Assembly (NCBI GenBank): GCA_963843145.1
Contig: CAWJJC010000020.1
Span: forward strand, 512,001 to 576,000
Direction of reading: 5' to 3'
Source of the DNA: an uncultured delta proteobacterium
GTDB taxonomy: Bacteria; Desulfobacterota; RBG-13-43-22
Length of the DNA stretch: 64,000 nucleotides
The notes under the pieces were generated by a model that did not search any database, was not told where the DNA came from, and was given only the letters and a program-made list of their open reading frames with translations. The first letter of the stretch is position 1; each line of letters opens with the position of its first letter. The position numbers were made by a program, and so were the translations under genes. Shown here one piece after another: positions 1 to 9,281 of the stretch.

Positions 1-1280
1 CCCAGTTTGGCCAGCCGGGACGTGACCTTCGGACGGGTAAAGGCCTCGGCCAGGAAAAGGATGTCCGGAAACTCCTTTTTGATTTCCCTAATCAGCCATT
101 CCCAGAATAGAAACGGTTTGGTGTGGGGATTGTCGACCCGGAAAATCCGAATCCCTTCCCCGACCCAGAAAAGCACCACGGATTTCAACGCCTCCCACAA
201 GGCCGGCCAGTCTTCGTTTTCAAAATTGAGAGGATAGATGTCTTCGTATTTCTTCGGCGGGTTTTCGGCATATTGGATCGTCCCGTCCGGCTTCTTTAAG
301 AACCACTGCGGGTGCTCCTTGACCCAGGGATGGTCCGGGGAACATTGGAAAGCGAGGTCCAGGGCGAGTTCGATCCCCAAGGATTCGGCCTTCTTACTGA
401 AAGCCCGAAAATCGTCCAGGGTCCCGAGGTCCGGATGGACACTGGTATGCCCCCCCTCCCGGCTCCCGATGGCCCAGGGGCTGCCGGGATCGTCGGACTG
501 CGCCCCGACCTGATTGTTCTTTCCTTTACGAAAGCTGAACCCGATAGGGTGGATGGGGGGGAGGTAAAGCACATCGAATCCCAAAGAGGCAATGTACGGC
601 AAACGGGCCTCACAGTCTTTGAACTTCCCGTGAATCCCGGGAGTCGGGCCGCAGGACCGCGGAAATATTTCATACCAGGTGCTGAAGCGGGCCCGTTCCC
701 GGTCCACAACCACTTCCAGTTCCCGCTCGTACTCCACCGCCAGGGAACAATCCGGATACCGGCTCATCAGGACTTCCAGTTCCCGGCCCAGGATGGCCTC
801 CATCTTGACCTCCGGGTCAACGCTTCCCTCGATAAGGGCCACGCCCTCCTCCAGCCTCATTCGGTCGGCCCCGGCCGCCCGGGTCGCCGAGCCCCTCACC
901 AGGGCACTACCCTTCAGGAATTCCAGGGCCAGGTCCTGTCCCGCATCGTAGCGAGTACGCAGGTCTCTTTTCCAGGTCAGGAAAGAATCCACCCAGGCTC
1001 GCAGCGTATAACGGTACCGCCCCGGGGTTTTGACCGTAAACTCCCCCTGCCAGCGGTCGTTGATCAGAAATTCCAGGGAAGCTTCCTGCCAGACCGTATC
1101 GGACTCAAGGCGATACAGAAGAACACCGGCGAGCACCTCATGGCCGTCGGCGAAGACGTCGGCCTCTACCCGGACCGGCTCTCCCACGGTTCTTTTGATG
1201 GGGAACCGCCCGTTTTCCACCTCGGGGCGGACCTTTTCAATCACCACCCTTTGTTTACCGTTAATTGGCTCCAATAGCAT
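1..1280 (-). CDS. glgE: Alpha-1,4-glucan:maltose-1-phosphate maltosyltransferase GlgE (3' end runs off the window)
   Basis: Minus-strand frame from ATG at 1280 reads MLLEPINGKQRVVIEKVRPEVENGRFPIKRTVGE...ADGHE. Near the window edge it reads IFRVDNPHTKP and FLAEAFTRP, the GH13_3 catalytic motifs. Missing from the ORF track because it has no stop in the window. Confidence 0.93.
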   Translation of the reverse strand, partial: MLLEPINGKQRVVIEKVRPEVENGRFPIKRTVGEPVRVEADVFADGHEVLAGVLLYRLESDTVWQEASLEFLINDRWQGEFTVKTPGRYRYTLRAWVDSFLTWKRDLRTRYDAGQDLALEFLKGSALVRGSATRAAGADRMRLEEGVALIEGSVDPEVKMEAILGRELEVLMSRYPDCSLAVEYERELEVVVDRERARFSTWYEIFPRSCGPTPGIHGKFKDCEARLPYIASLGFDVLYLPPIHPIGFSFRKGKNNQVGAQSDDPGSPWAIGSREGGHTSVHPDLGTLDDFRAFSKKAESLGIELALDLAFQCSPDHPWVKEHPQWFLKKPDGTIQYAENPPKKYEDIYPLNFENEDWPALWEALKSVVLFWVGEGIRIFRVDNPHTKPFLFWEWLIREIKKEFPDILFLAEAFTRPKVTSRLAKL

Positions 1281-1481
1281 TTTTTCTTATCTACCCCCAT
1301 GGGTTGAAAGGGGCCCCTTTTTGATTTCTTGATCTAGGAATTTATTATATAGAAATATTGAAGGGTTGTCAAGCAAGGCCCCCGGACAAGATTTATCATG
1401 GATCTTTCCCAGGAAGGGACCGGCGGGGAATCCGTTTCAAAAAGGGTTGCAATTTCTCCCGCATTCCGTCTAATAGGGGAC

Positions 1482-2720
1482 ATGAAGATTGCTTTGTTGA
1501 CCAACGAATATCCCCCCCAGGTCTATGGAGGGGCCGGCGTCCATGTGGGTCATCTGGTGCGGGAAATGGCCCGGCTGGACTCAGGGAGGCACACCCTGGA
1601 AATTCTGCATTTCGGCGACCAAGACCGGAAGTCGTCCAATATCTCGGTGCGGGGCGTCCAGACGGATTTCCCCTTCACCGCCGCCGATCCGCGGCAGCGC
1701 AAGCTGCTCCAGACCTTACTCAAAAACCTGGTAATGGCCGGCTCCCTTGATCGCGTCGATCTGGTCCATTGCCACACCTGGTATACGCACTGGGGCGGAT
1801 GCCTCCTGAAATTGCTTCTAGGCGTTCCCCTGGTACTGACCACCCATTCCCTGGAGCCCCAACGCCCCTGGAAAGCCGATCAATTGGGGTCAGGGTACCG
1901 GGTCAGCACCTGGATCGAAAAAACCGCCTATCAAAACGCCGACGGGATCATCGCGGTGTCCGGAGAAATGGCTTCGGCGGTAGTCGATATTTACGGCGTT
2001 TCCCCGGAACGGGTACGGATCATCCCCAACGGTATCGATAGCGACGAATTCAAACCGACCTTCAACCCGGAAATACTGATTAGATATGGAATCGACCCTG
2101 CTGAACCGTACATCCTTTTTGTAGGGCGTATCACCCGCCAAAAGGGATGGACTCATCTGCTGGACGCCGCTCCACACCTCCTCCCCGGGACGCAGTTGGT
2201 CCTCTGCGCCGCCTCTCCGGACACCGAAACGGTCACTCGGGCCTTCCAAACTCAACTGGAAGAACTTCGGTCCTCCTCCTCAAGACCCGTTATCTGGATA
2301 CCCCGAATGGTTCCCCAGGAACATTTGGTCTGTCTTTATACCCAGGCGGCCGCTTTCGTCTGCCCCTCCATCTATGAGCCTTTCGGGATCATCAACCTGG
2401 AGGCCATGGCCTGTGAAACCCCGGTGGTAGCTTCCGCCGTGGGAGGAATAAAAGAGGTCGTCATTCACGAAGAAACCGGACTGTTGGTGCCTTTCGAGCC
2501 AATCAACTCCTGCGACCCCCAACCTCGGGATCCGCACCAATTCAGTCTGGATCTGGCCCAAACGATCAACCGGCTCTTGTCCGATCCGGCGATGGCCGGA
2601 AAGATGGGTCAATCCGGTCGTCGCCGGGTGGAACAGGTTTTCAGTTGGAAATCGGTAGCCCGTCAGACCCTTGATTTTTATGAATTCCTGATCACCCAAC
2701 CTGTTTATTGTCCTGCCTGA
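1482..2720 (+). CDS. glgM: GT4 glycogen synthase of the actinobacterial GlgA/GlgM type (alpha-maltose-1-phosphate synthase)
   Basis: Motifs MKIALLTNEYPPQVYGGAGVHV, HCHTWY, TTHSLEP.RPWK.DQLG.GY, FVGRITRQKG and CPSIYEPFGIINLEAMAC. Divergent from glgE. Confidence 0.85.
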   Translation: MKIALLTNEYPPQVYGGAGVHVGHLVREMARLDSGRHTLEILHFGDQDRKSSNISVRGVQTDFPFTAADPRQRKLLQTLLKNLVMAGSLDRVDLVHCHTWYTHWGGCLLKLLLGVPLVLTTHSLEPQRPWKADQLGSGYRVSTWIEKTAYQNADGIIAVSGEMASAVVDIYGVSPERVRIIPNGIDSDEFKPTFNPEILIRYGIDPAEPYILFVGRITRQKGWTHLLDAAPHLLPGTQLVLCAASPDTETVTRAFQTQLEELRSSSSRPVIWIPRMVPQEHLVCLYTQAAAFVCPSIYEPFGIINLEAMACETPVVASAVGGIKEVVIHEETGLLVPFEPINSCDPQPRDPHQFSLDLAQTINRLLSDPAMAGKMGQSGRRRVEQVFSWKSVARQTLDFYEFLITQPVYCPA

Positions 2721-2777
2721 AATGACAAAGAGTCCTTTTAGGTTGACAAAATCAGAAAAATACGATATGAAAAAAAT

Positions 2778-3089
2778 GTGAAAAGATTTATCATTCCCAA
2801 AACAATTCTTTTGTTCGTGCTGGTCCTTTTTCTGGCCGAATACCTGAACCCTTCGGCAATCGGTGTGCGAGCCGATTATAAACCGGCGCCGACCGGTTCG
2901 TCCCATTCGGCTAACCCGGCCCCTTCCAGTAGCGAAGGACCTTCGACCACCCCTCATTTCATGATCAAAGCTGAAGCCTATCGGCCCGGCGAAAATTTTC
3001 CGAGCCAGGTTCTTTTTTCATCGGCCTTATCTATCACCGAACAAACCAACCAGAAAGAAATTTTTCATCCACCGGCCTTTACCCTTTAG
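2778..3089 (+). CDS. Small protein with N-terminal hydrophobic/signal segment and C-terminal IFHPP motif (possible leader peptide)
   Basis: ORF track; hydrophobic N-terminus, Ser/Pro-rich middle, ends KEIFHPPAFTL. Confidence 0.5.
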   Translation: MKRFIIPKTILLFVLVLFLAEYLNPSAIGVRADYKPAPTGSSHSANPAPSSSEGPSTTPHFMIKAEAYRPGENFPSQVLFSSALSITEQTNQKEIFHPPAFTL

Positions 3090-3211
3090 CGCTTTCCTCC
3101 CTGTTCCCTGTTGAAGAGTCCGACTTCTGTCGGGCCTCTTCGCTGACTTTCTTATCCAACTCTGCTGACGACTTTCTAACGAACGTCCATCGTTCCAGGA
3201 GGGTTAGGCTT

Positions 3212-3475
3212 ATGAAACCATTTTCTTTGGCGGCCTTGTGCATTGGTACCTTGGTCCTGGGGGTAGCCATGGTCTTGCTGGCCATGGTTTTACTGAAAAT
3301 CATGCCCCAAGGGCTGGTCGTTTTGATTTTCGCGGTCCTGGGTCTGGTTATCGTCAAGTTGTTCATTGGAATCCTGAGCCGTGGTCTGGCGGTCCGTCCC
3401 GAATCCGTCAACTCTCAATCTAGTCGAGAACAACCCGAAAAGGAGGTGAGCCAACCCATTCAAGTTTCTGGTTAA
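3212..3475 (+). CDS. Hypothetical small membrane protein (2 TM helices)
   Basis: Two long hydrophobic stretches; AGGAGG upstream of the ATG. Confidence 0.6.
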   Translation: MKPFSLAALCIGTLVLGVAMVLLAMVLLKIMPQGLVVLIFAVLGLVIVKLFIGILSRGLAVRPESVNSQSSREQPEKEVSQPIQVSG

Positions 3476-3538
3476 GGGTGTTGTTTGTCCACTTGGCAAC
3501 CACAAACGCAATCCGGTATTTACGGAAAGGAGGCTTTT

Positions 3539-3967
3539 ATGGGTTTTTTCGATAAATTCAAGAGCAAAGTCCCGGAATATGCCGCCTTGGACCAATCCAG
3601 TCCGGCGGCTCAGTTCCTGGGCGCCATGAAGAATCCGCTGGAAACCTTTGCCGCCCAGGTATCGGATCCTTTGGAAATTGTCCCTTCGGGAGACACCGCT
3701 TACGTCTTCGTCGGTAAGCCGCCCAAGGCCTTCGGGCTGGTTTGGATTCAAGGGGGACAGGTCCAAAATCTAAAAAAGGTCGTGGCCGAGAAGGGGATCC
3801 CGGCAACTACTTTCCAGCTTATCTCGGATGACCTGCGGGGGGCCTACGAACGCAGCGAGAGCGCTTCCCGGTACTCAACCAGCCTGGCCGGGAAGAATGT
3901 GGTGGTAACCCCCTCCGAACCCCTGGCCCGCGAGGTTCATCAGATAATCCAGGGACTGGGCGTCTGA
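3539..3967 (+). CDS. Hypothetical protein
   Basis: AAGGAGG precedes ATG at 3539 (MGFFDKFKSK...); host-like codon usage; followed by a terminator. Confidence 0.7.
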   Translation: MGFFDKFKSKVPEYAALDQSSPAAQFLGAMKNPLETFAAQVSDPLEIVPSGDTAYVFVGKPPKAFGLVWIQGGQVQNLKKVVAEKGIPATTFQLISDDLRGAYERSESASRYSTSLAGKNVVVTPSEPLAREVHQIIQGLGV

Positions 3968-3981
3968 AACGCCTATTCACT

Positions 3982-4049
3982 GCCGAGGCGCGAAGGAAGC
4001 GGGAAAAGGTTCCTTCATTGTACCCTCCGCGCTTCGGCGGTGTTTTTTT
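3982..4049 (+). terminator. Probable intrinsic terminator
   Basis: GCCGAGGCGCG...CGCGCTTCGGC stem followed by TGTTTTTTT. Confidence 0.5.
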
Positions 4050-4364
4050 CCCTAACCTCTTTCTGACCTGGCATTGTCCTCATCCGCCGGCCTAACGGGA
4101 TCCCTTGTCCCCACGTTTGACCAACCTGTTCCCGCCGAGTGAACGTTGATCTCCATCACGGGAATGTCCTCCAGCCTGCCTTGGGACAGGACCCCAACGT
4201 ATCTTATTCTTCGATCCACGAGCAGAGGATAGAAACACGCGCTCCATTCGGGTTTTTCGCCGGGGCGGGTTCCCTTTTTCGGGAAGGATTTTTAAACCGC
4301 AGCAAGAGGGCCCATTGATTTAAGTCAAATACTTGGCAGCGATTAGTGTATAATATAAGCTAAG

Positions 4365-5009
4365 ATGAACACCACCACCTCCTCCCACGAAACCCAAACC
4401 TCGCCCTCCCAGAGGCCCGAGAAACCCAGAACGCTCCTGGCCGGCCGGGGCGATCATTTCCTGCCCCGAGTGGAAGGGGACACCGGAGCGAACATCTCGG
4501 CCTGCTATCAATGCGAGCGCTGCACCAACGCCTGCCCGGTAAGCCATTACATGGATATCAAACCCCATCAGGTGATCCGCCATGTTCAACTCGGGTGGCG
4601 GGAACAATTGCTGGGGTCCTCCACCATCTGGGTATGCCTGTCCTGCGAGATGTGCTCCACCTACTGTCCCAATGAGGTGGCGGTTTCCGCGGTGATCAGC
4701 CACCTGCGTAATCTGGCCTTCCATTCTTCCATCCGTCCCCAGGAGAAGCTGCTGGCCATATTCCACCAGACTTTCCTGGAGGAGCTCCGGAAATTCGGCC
4801 GGGTCAACGAACTCTGGCTCATGCAGACCTTCAACCGCCAGCCCCAGGTTTTGAGGGAGAAAATAAAGGCCGGCACCTTAAAGGAGGAAATCCTCCTGGG
4901 ACTGGCGCTCTGGCGTAAAGGCAAACTCCATTTGATCCCCCGGCGCTCGAAAGCCATGGCGGAGATCAAAGCAGTCTACCGCCGGCAGCGGGGAGAGGTT
5001 GCCCGATGA
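4365..5009 (+). CDS. hdrC: Heterodisulfide reductase subunit C-like 2x[4Fe-4S] protein
   Basis: CYQCERCTNACP and IWVCLSCEMCSTYCP motifs; overlaps the hdrB start. Confidence 0.9.
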   Translation: MNTTTSSHETQTSPSQRPEKPRTLLAGRGDHFLPRVEGDTGANISACYQCERCTNACPVSHYMDIKPHQVIRHVQLGWREQLLGSSTIWVCLSCEMCSTYCPNEVAVSAVISHLRNLAFHSSIRPQEKLLAIFHQTFLEELRKFGRVNELWLMQTFNRQPQVLREKIKAGTLKEEILLGLALWRKGKLHLIPRRSKAMAEIKAVYRRQRGEVAR

Positions 5010-5848
5010 AACTGTCCTTTTATCCCGGATGTTCGCTGGAAGGGATGGCCAATGACTACGCCCGCTCCATTACGGCGGTGTTTCAACACCTGGACATCGA
5101 CCTGGTAGAGATCGACGATTGGTCCTGCTGCGGCGCCACGGCCGCCCACAGCCTGGATGAGATGATGGCGGTGGTCCTGCCGGCCCGGAACCTGGCCCTG
5201 GCCGAAAAACAAGGCCTGGACATCCTCTCCCCCTGCGCCAACTGCTTCAACCGCCTGCGGTTCTCCCAGAAAATGGTCCTGGAAAAAGCCGTCGATATCC
5301 CCTGGGAGGTCACCGGAGATCTCAGGATCCACGACATGACCCGTTTTCTGGCGCAGCCGGAAAGGATTCAACAGATTGAAAAAAAGGTGCTCCGGCCGCT
5401 GGCCGGTCTCCAGGTTGTCTGCTACTACGGATGCCAGATGGTCCGGCCGCCCCGGATCACCGGCTTCAGCGACTTCGAAAATCCCCTGACCCTCGACCGG
5501 ATTGCCACGGCCCTCGGCGCCCAGGTCAAGGACTGGTCCTATAAATCGACCTGTTGCGGCGCCAGTATCGGCATCGGGCGCAAGGACATCCAGGATACAC
5601 TCACCGCCCGTCTGTTGGACAAGGCCCGCCAGGCCGGGGCCGAGGCGATCGTGGTTTCCTGTCCCCTCTGCCAGGCCAACCTGGATATCATCCAGCGCCG
5701 CAGCAAAACCCAGGTGCTCCCCGTCTTCTACTTCACGGAACTGCTCCGGTTGGCCTTCGAAGGCGGGGAAAGGGCCGGCGGCTGGTTTAAGATGCACTTT
5801 GCGAACCCGGTGCCGCTTTTGGAGGGGAAAGGATTTTTAAAGACTTGA
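5006..5848 (+). CDS. hdrB: Heterodisulfide reductase subunit B-like protein (two CCG domains)
   Basis: YPGCSL, DWSCCGA, PCANC, YYGC, TCCGA and SCPLCQANLD motifs. Confidence 0.92.
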   Translation: MKLSFYPGCSLEGMANDYARSITAVFQHLDIDLVEIDDWSCCGATAAHSLDEMMAVVLPARNLALAEKQGLDILSPCANCFNRLRFSQKMVLEKAVDIPWEVTGDLRIHDMTRFLAQPERIQQIEKKVLRPLAGLQVVCYYGCQMVRPPRITGFSDFENPLTLDRIATALGAQVKDWSYKSTCCGASIGIGRKDIQDTLTARLLDKARQAGAEAIVVSCPLCQANLDIIQRRSKTQVLPVFYFTELLRLAFEGGERAGGWFKMHFANPVPLLEGKGFLKT

Positions 5849-5876
5849 ATTGGAAATGCTATAGAAAGCTAAACTC

Positions 5877-6102
5877 AAAATTCGAAGCACGAAATCCGAA
5901 ACAAATCCAAATGATCGAAATTCAAAACAATCTTTTCTCCTGGTTCAGCAGAGGGAAATAGCTGATGCGGAACAAAATCGGGGGAAACGGGAGATTTTTT
6001 CACCGATGCCCAATCCACTCTCGTAAGGGCATATGTTTTGATCATTCGAATTTTGGTCATTTGAATTTGTTTCGGGTTTCGAATTTCGAGTTTCGGATTT
6101 AG
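5877..6102. repeat. Inverted-repeat element built from CGAAAT/CAAAT-like short repeats, inserted between hdrB and hdrA
   Basis: Left arm 5877-5930 AAATTCGAAGCACGAAATCCGAAACAAATCCAAATGATCGAAATTC. Reverse complement of right arm 6034-6102 AAACTCGAAATTCGAAACCCGAAACAAATTCAAATGACCAAAATTC. Confidence 0.8.
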
Positions 6103-6131
6103 CGACTCTATTCTTATTATGTGAGCGTATC

Positions 6132-9100
6132 TTGACCGAGAGTGAATTTAACAAACCTGTTGGTAAGGTCCTCGTGGTCGGCGGCGGCATCGGCGGGATC
6201 CAGTGCGCGCTCGACCTGGCGGATACCGGTTTTTATGTCCATCTGCTGGAGAACTCCCTCACGCTCGGCGGCACCATGGCCCAATTGGACAAGACCTTTC
6301 CGACCAATGACTGCTCCACCTGCATGTTTTCCCCCAAGCTGGTCCAGGCGGCCGGTCATCCGAACATCGACATTTTGACCCGCAGCCGGCTGCTCGGACT
6401 CGAGGGGGAACCCGGCCGCTTCACGGCCCGCGTCGAGAAGCAGCCCCGATACATCAACGAAAAAAAATGTATCGCCTGCGGCCAGTGCGCCGAAAAATGC
6501 CCCCAAAAAGTTCCCGACGAATTCAATGAGGGCCTGGGAAAACGCAAGGCGGCTTTTCTGGCCTTTCCCCAGGCTGTGCCTCTGAAATATGCCCTCGATC
6601 CCGAACACTGCCTCTATCTGACCAAAGGTAAATGCGGACTCTGTCAAAAAATCTGCCCGACCCAGGCCGTCGAATTCGAGCAACAACCTCAAATTCTTTC
6701 TCTTCCGGCCGGCGCGGTAGTAATCGCCACCGGTTTCGAATTGGCGCTGACGGCCAAACAGGGCCTGTTCGGGTATGGCCGCTACCCCAATGTCGTTACC
6801 TCCCTGCAGTACGAGCGGATGCTCTCCGCCACCGGACCCACCGAAGGCCATTTGCGGCGCCCGTCGGACGGGCGGATCCCGACTCGTATAGCCTGGATCC
6901 AATGCGTCATGTCCCGGGACGCCTCCCTCAACCGACCCTTCTGTTCCTCGGTCTGCTGCCTGCATGCGGCCAAACAGGCCGTCATGACTCGCAGTCACCT
7001 GCCGGAAAGCGAAACGACCATCTATTTTCTCGATGTGCGCGCCCAGGGTAAGGGGTTCGATGAATATGTCGACCGGGCCCGCCACGAATTCGGGGTCCGC
7101 TACCGGCGTTCTCTGGTATCTCAGGTCGCCTGGAACCCGGAAAACGATAACCTGGTGATTGAGACCTTCGACCACCATCAAGACCGCAAAATCGAGGAAG
7201 AGGTCGACCTGGTCGTGCTATCCAGCGGTTTCCAGCCGACCCCGGCCTTTACCGACCTGGCCGGCCGCCTGGGAATCATCCCCTCGGCCTACGGTTTTTT
7301 GAAGACCCCCTTTGACGATCCGGCGGCCACCAGCCGACCGGGGGTGTTTGTCTGCGGCGGAATCGAAACCCCCAAAGACATCCCGGAAACGGTTATCCAG
7401 GCCGGCGCCGCCGCCGCCGAGGCCTCGGTCCTCCTGGCCGGAGCTCGCCATGTGGAAACCGCGGCGGAACCGACATTTGCCGAGCGCCCCCTCGAAGACG
7501 AACCCCGTATTGGCGTACTGGTCTGCCATTGCGGGTCCAACATCGCCGGGGTGGTGGACATCCCCCGGGTTTTGGAGCAGGTAAAAAAGATGCCCCAGGT
7601 GGTCTGGGCCGTTGATTATCTATTCAGTTGCTCCACCGAAACCCAACCCCGCATCCTGGAGCTGATCGCGCAGCACCGTCTCAATCGGCTGGTGGTGGCC
7701 GCCTGCTCACCCAAAACCCACGAACCCCTGTTTCAGAACACCCTGCGTCAGGCCGGATTGAACCCCTACCTCTTCGAAATGGCCAACATCCGCAATCACT
7801 GCTCCTGGGTCCACCCCCAGGAACCGGAGAAAGCCACCCGCAAATCGATAGAGCTCATCCGGGCCGCCGTCGGCCGAGCGATTCACCTGGAACCCCTCCA
7901 GGAGAGCGTCTACCCGGTAGTCAACCGGGGCTTGGTCCTCGGCGGAGGTCTGGCCGGGATGACCGCGGCGCTGACCCTGGCCGACCAGGGATTTCCGGTG
8001 ACCCTGGTGGAAAAGGGACCCAGCCTCGGGGGAGTGGCCCGACTCCTGACCGAAACCCTGGAGGGAGATTCTCCGGCCGGGCTCATCCGCTTTCTTCAAG
8101 AACGGGTCCGCCATCATCCTCGAATAGAGACCCGCCTGGAGGCCCAACTGGTCAGCCACGGGGGCCAGGTGGGGGCTTTCGAAGGGGCGATCGAAAACGG
8201 CGACGGCCGTGCGCTGGTCCGCTACGGGGCCGTGGTAGTGGCCACCGGCGGGCAGCCCTACGAACCCCAAGAGCATTTGTACGGGCAGGACGAGCGGGTC
8301 TGCACTCAGGTAGAGCTCTCCCGGCGCCTGGCCGAAAACCCCTCCTGGGCCGGTGAATTAAAACGGGTGGTGATGATCCAGTGCGTCGGTTCGCGCAGTG
8401 AATCGTTTCCGGCCTGCAGTCGGGTCTGTTGCGCGGCGGCCGTCAAAAACAGTCTCCGCCTCAAGGAGTTAAACCCCGGGGCGGCGGTGATCGTCCTCTA
8501 CCGTGACCTGCGGACCTTCGGCTTCATGGAGCTTTACTACATGAAGGCCCGTAAAGCCGGCGTACTTTTTTTTCGCTTCATCCCTCAGGAAGGCCCCGAG
8601 GTCTTTTTAGAGGACGGACGACTGACCGTTGATTTCACCGACCGCAGCGCCCACCGGGATTTTCGGGTGGAGCCGGACCTGGTCGTGCTCAGCGCCGGTA
8701 TCCGGCCTGCGGAAGACTCTCGGGACCTGGACCGACTGCTCAAGCTGCCCCGCACCACCGAAGGCTTTTTCCTGGAGGCCCACGTGAAGCTGCGACCCAC
8801 GGAGTTCGCCACTCCGGGCATTTTCCTGGCCGGACTGGCCCACAGTCCCCGGTTCATCAAGGAGTCGGTGATCATGGCCAAGGGGGCGGCCCAGCAGGCG
8901 GTGAAGATCCTCTCCCGGAAAGAGATGTCCATTTCCGCCGCCGTGGCCGTGGTGGACCCCGACCGCTGCGCGGCCTGCCTGGTCTGCGTCCGCGTTTGTC
9001 CCTTCGGGGCGCCCTTCATCAACGCCAACCACGTCTCGGAAATACCCCCCCCTGCCTGTCGGGGCTGTGGGATCTGCGTCTGCGAATGCCCGGCTCAGGC

Positions 9101-9194
9101 CATTGCCTTGCGGCACACCCGAGACGAACAGCTTAACGCCGCCATCGATGGACTCGTCGAACAGGCGCTGGCCGGGATTCCTGACAGCGATTAA
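6132..9194 (+). CDS. hdrA: Large HdrA-family FAD/Fe-S protein (Cys form)
   Basis: [21 protein letters not shown], ferredoxin motifs, QCVMSRD...CSSVCC, second FAD domain, EAHVKLRP and C-terminal 2x[4Fe-4S]. TTG start. Confidence 0.93.
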   Translation: MTESEFNKPVGKVLVVGGGIGGIQCALDLADTGFYVHLLENSLTLGGTMAQLDKTFPTNDCSTCMFSPKLVQAAGHPNIDILTRSRLLGLEGEPGRFTARVEKQPRYINEKKCIACGQCAEKCPQKVPDEFNEGLGKRKAAFLAFPQAVPLKYALDPEHCLYLTKGKCGLCQKICPTQAVEFEQQPQILSLPAGAVVIATGFELALTAKQGLFGYGRYPNVVTSLQYERMLSATGPTEGHLRRPSDGRIPTRIAWIQCVMSRDASLNRPFCSSVCCLHAAKQAVMTRSHLPESETTIYFLDVRAQGKGFDEYVDRARHEFGVRYRRSLVSQVAWNPENDNLVIETFDHHQDRKIEEEVDLVVLSSGFQPTPAFTDLAGRLGIIPSAYGFLKTPFDDPAATSRPGVFVCGGIETPKDIPETVIQAGAAAAEASVLLAGARHVETAAEPTFAERPLEDEPRIGVLVCHCGSNIAGVVDIPRVLEQVKKMPQVVWAVDYLFSCSTETQPRILELIAQHRLNRLVVAACSPKTHEPLFQNTLRQAGLNPYLFEMANIRNHCSWVHPQEPEKATRKSIELIRAAVGRAIHLEPLQESVYPVVNRGLVLGGGLAGMTAALTLADQGFPVTLVEKGPSLGGVARLLTETLEGDSPAGLIRFLQERVRHHPRIETRLEAQLVSHGGQVGAFEGAIENGDGRALVRYGAVVVATGGQPYEPQEHLYGQDERVCTQVELSRRLAENPSWAGELKRVVMIQCVGSRSESFPACSRVCCAAAVKNSLRLKELNPGAAVIVLYRDLRTFGFMELYYMKARKAGVLFFRFIPQEGPEVFLEDGRLTVDFTDRSAHRDFRVEPDLVVLSAGIRPAEDSRDLDRLLKLPRTTEGFFLEAHVKLRPTEFATPGIFLAGLAHSPRFIKESVIMAKGAAQQAVKILSRKEMSISAAVAVVDPDRCAACLVCVRVCPFGAPFINANHVSEIPPPACRGCGICVCECPAQAIALRHTRDEQLNAAIDGLVEQALAGIPDSD

Positions 9195-9281
9195 TCGTTG
9201 CAATTTATCCGCTTTCTAATTAAAAATTAAGTTAGCGGCTTACATCCCTGGTTCTGAAAATTTGTCTCTATCAGAGGACAA

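Noticed and set aside
4050-4360. Possible ncRNA or small gene upstream of hdrC
   Set aside because: No recognisable RNA family motif or protein similarity by eye; only weak hairpins.
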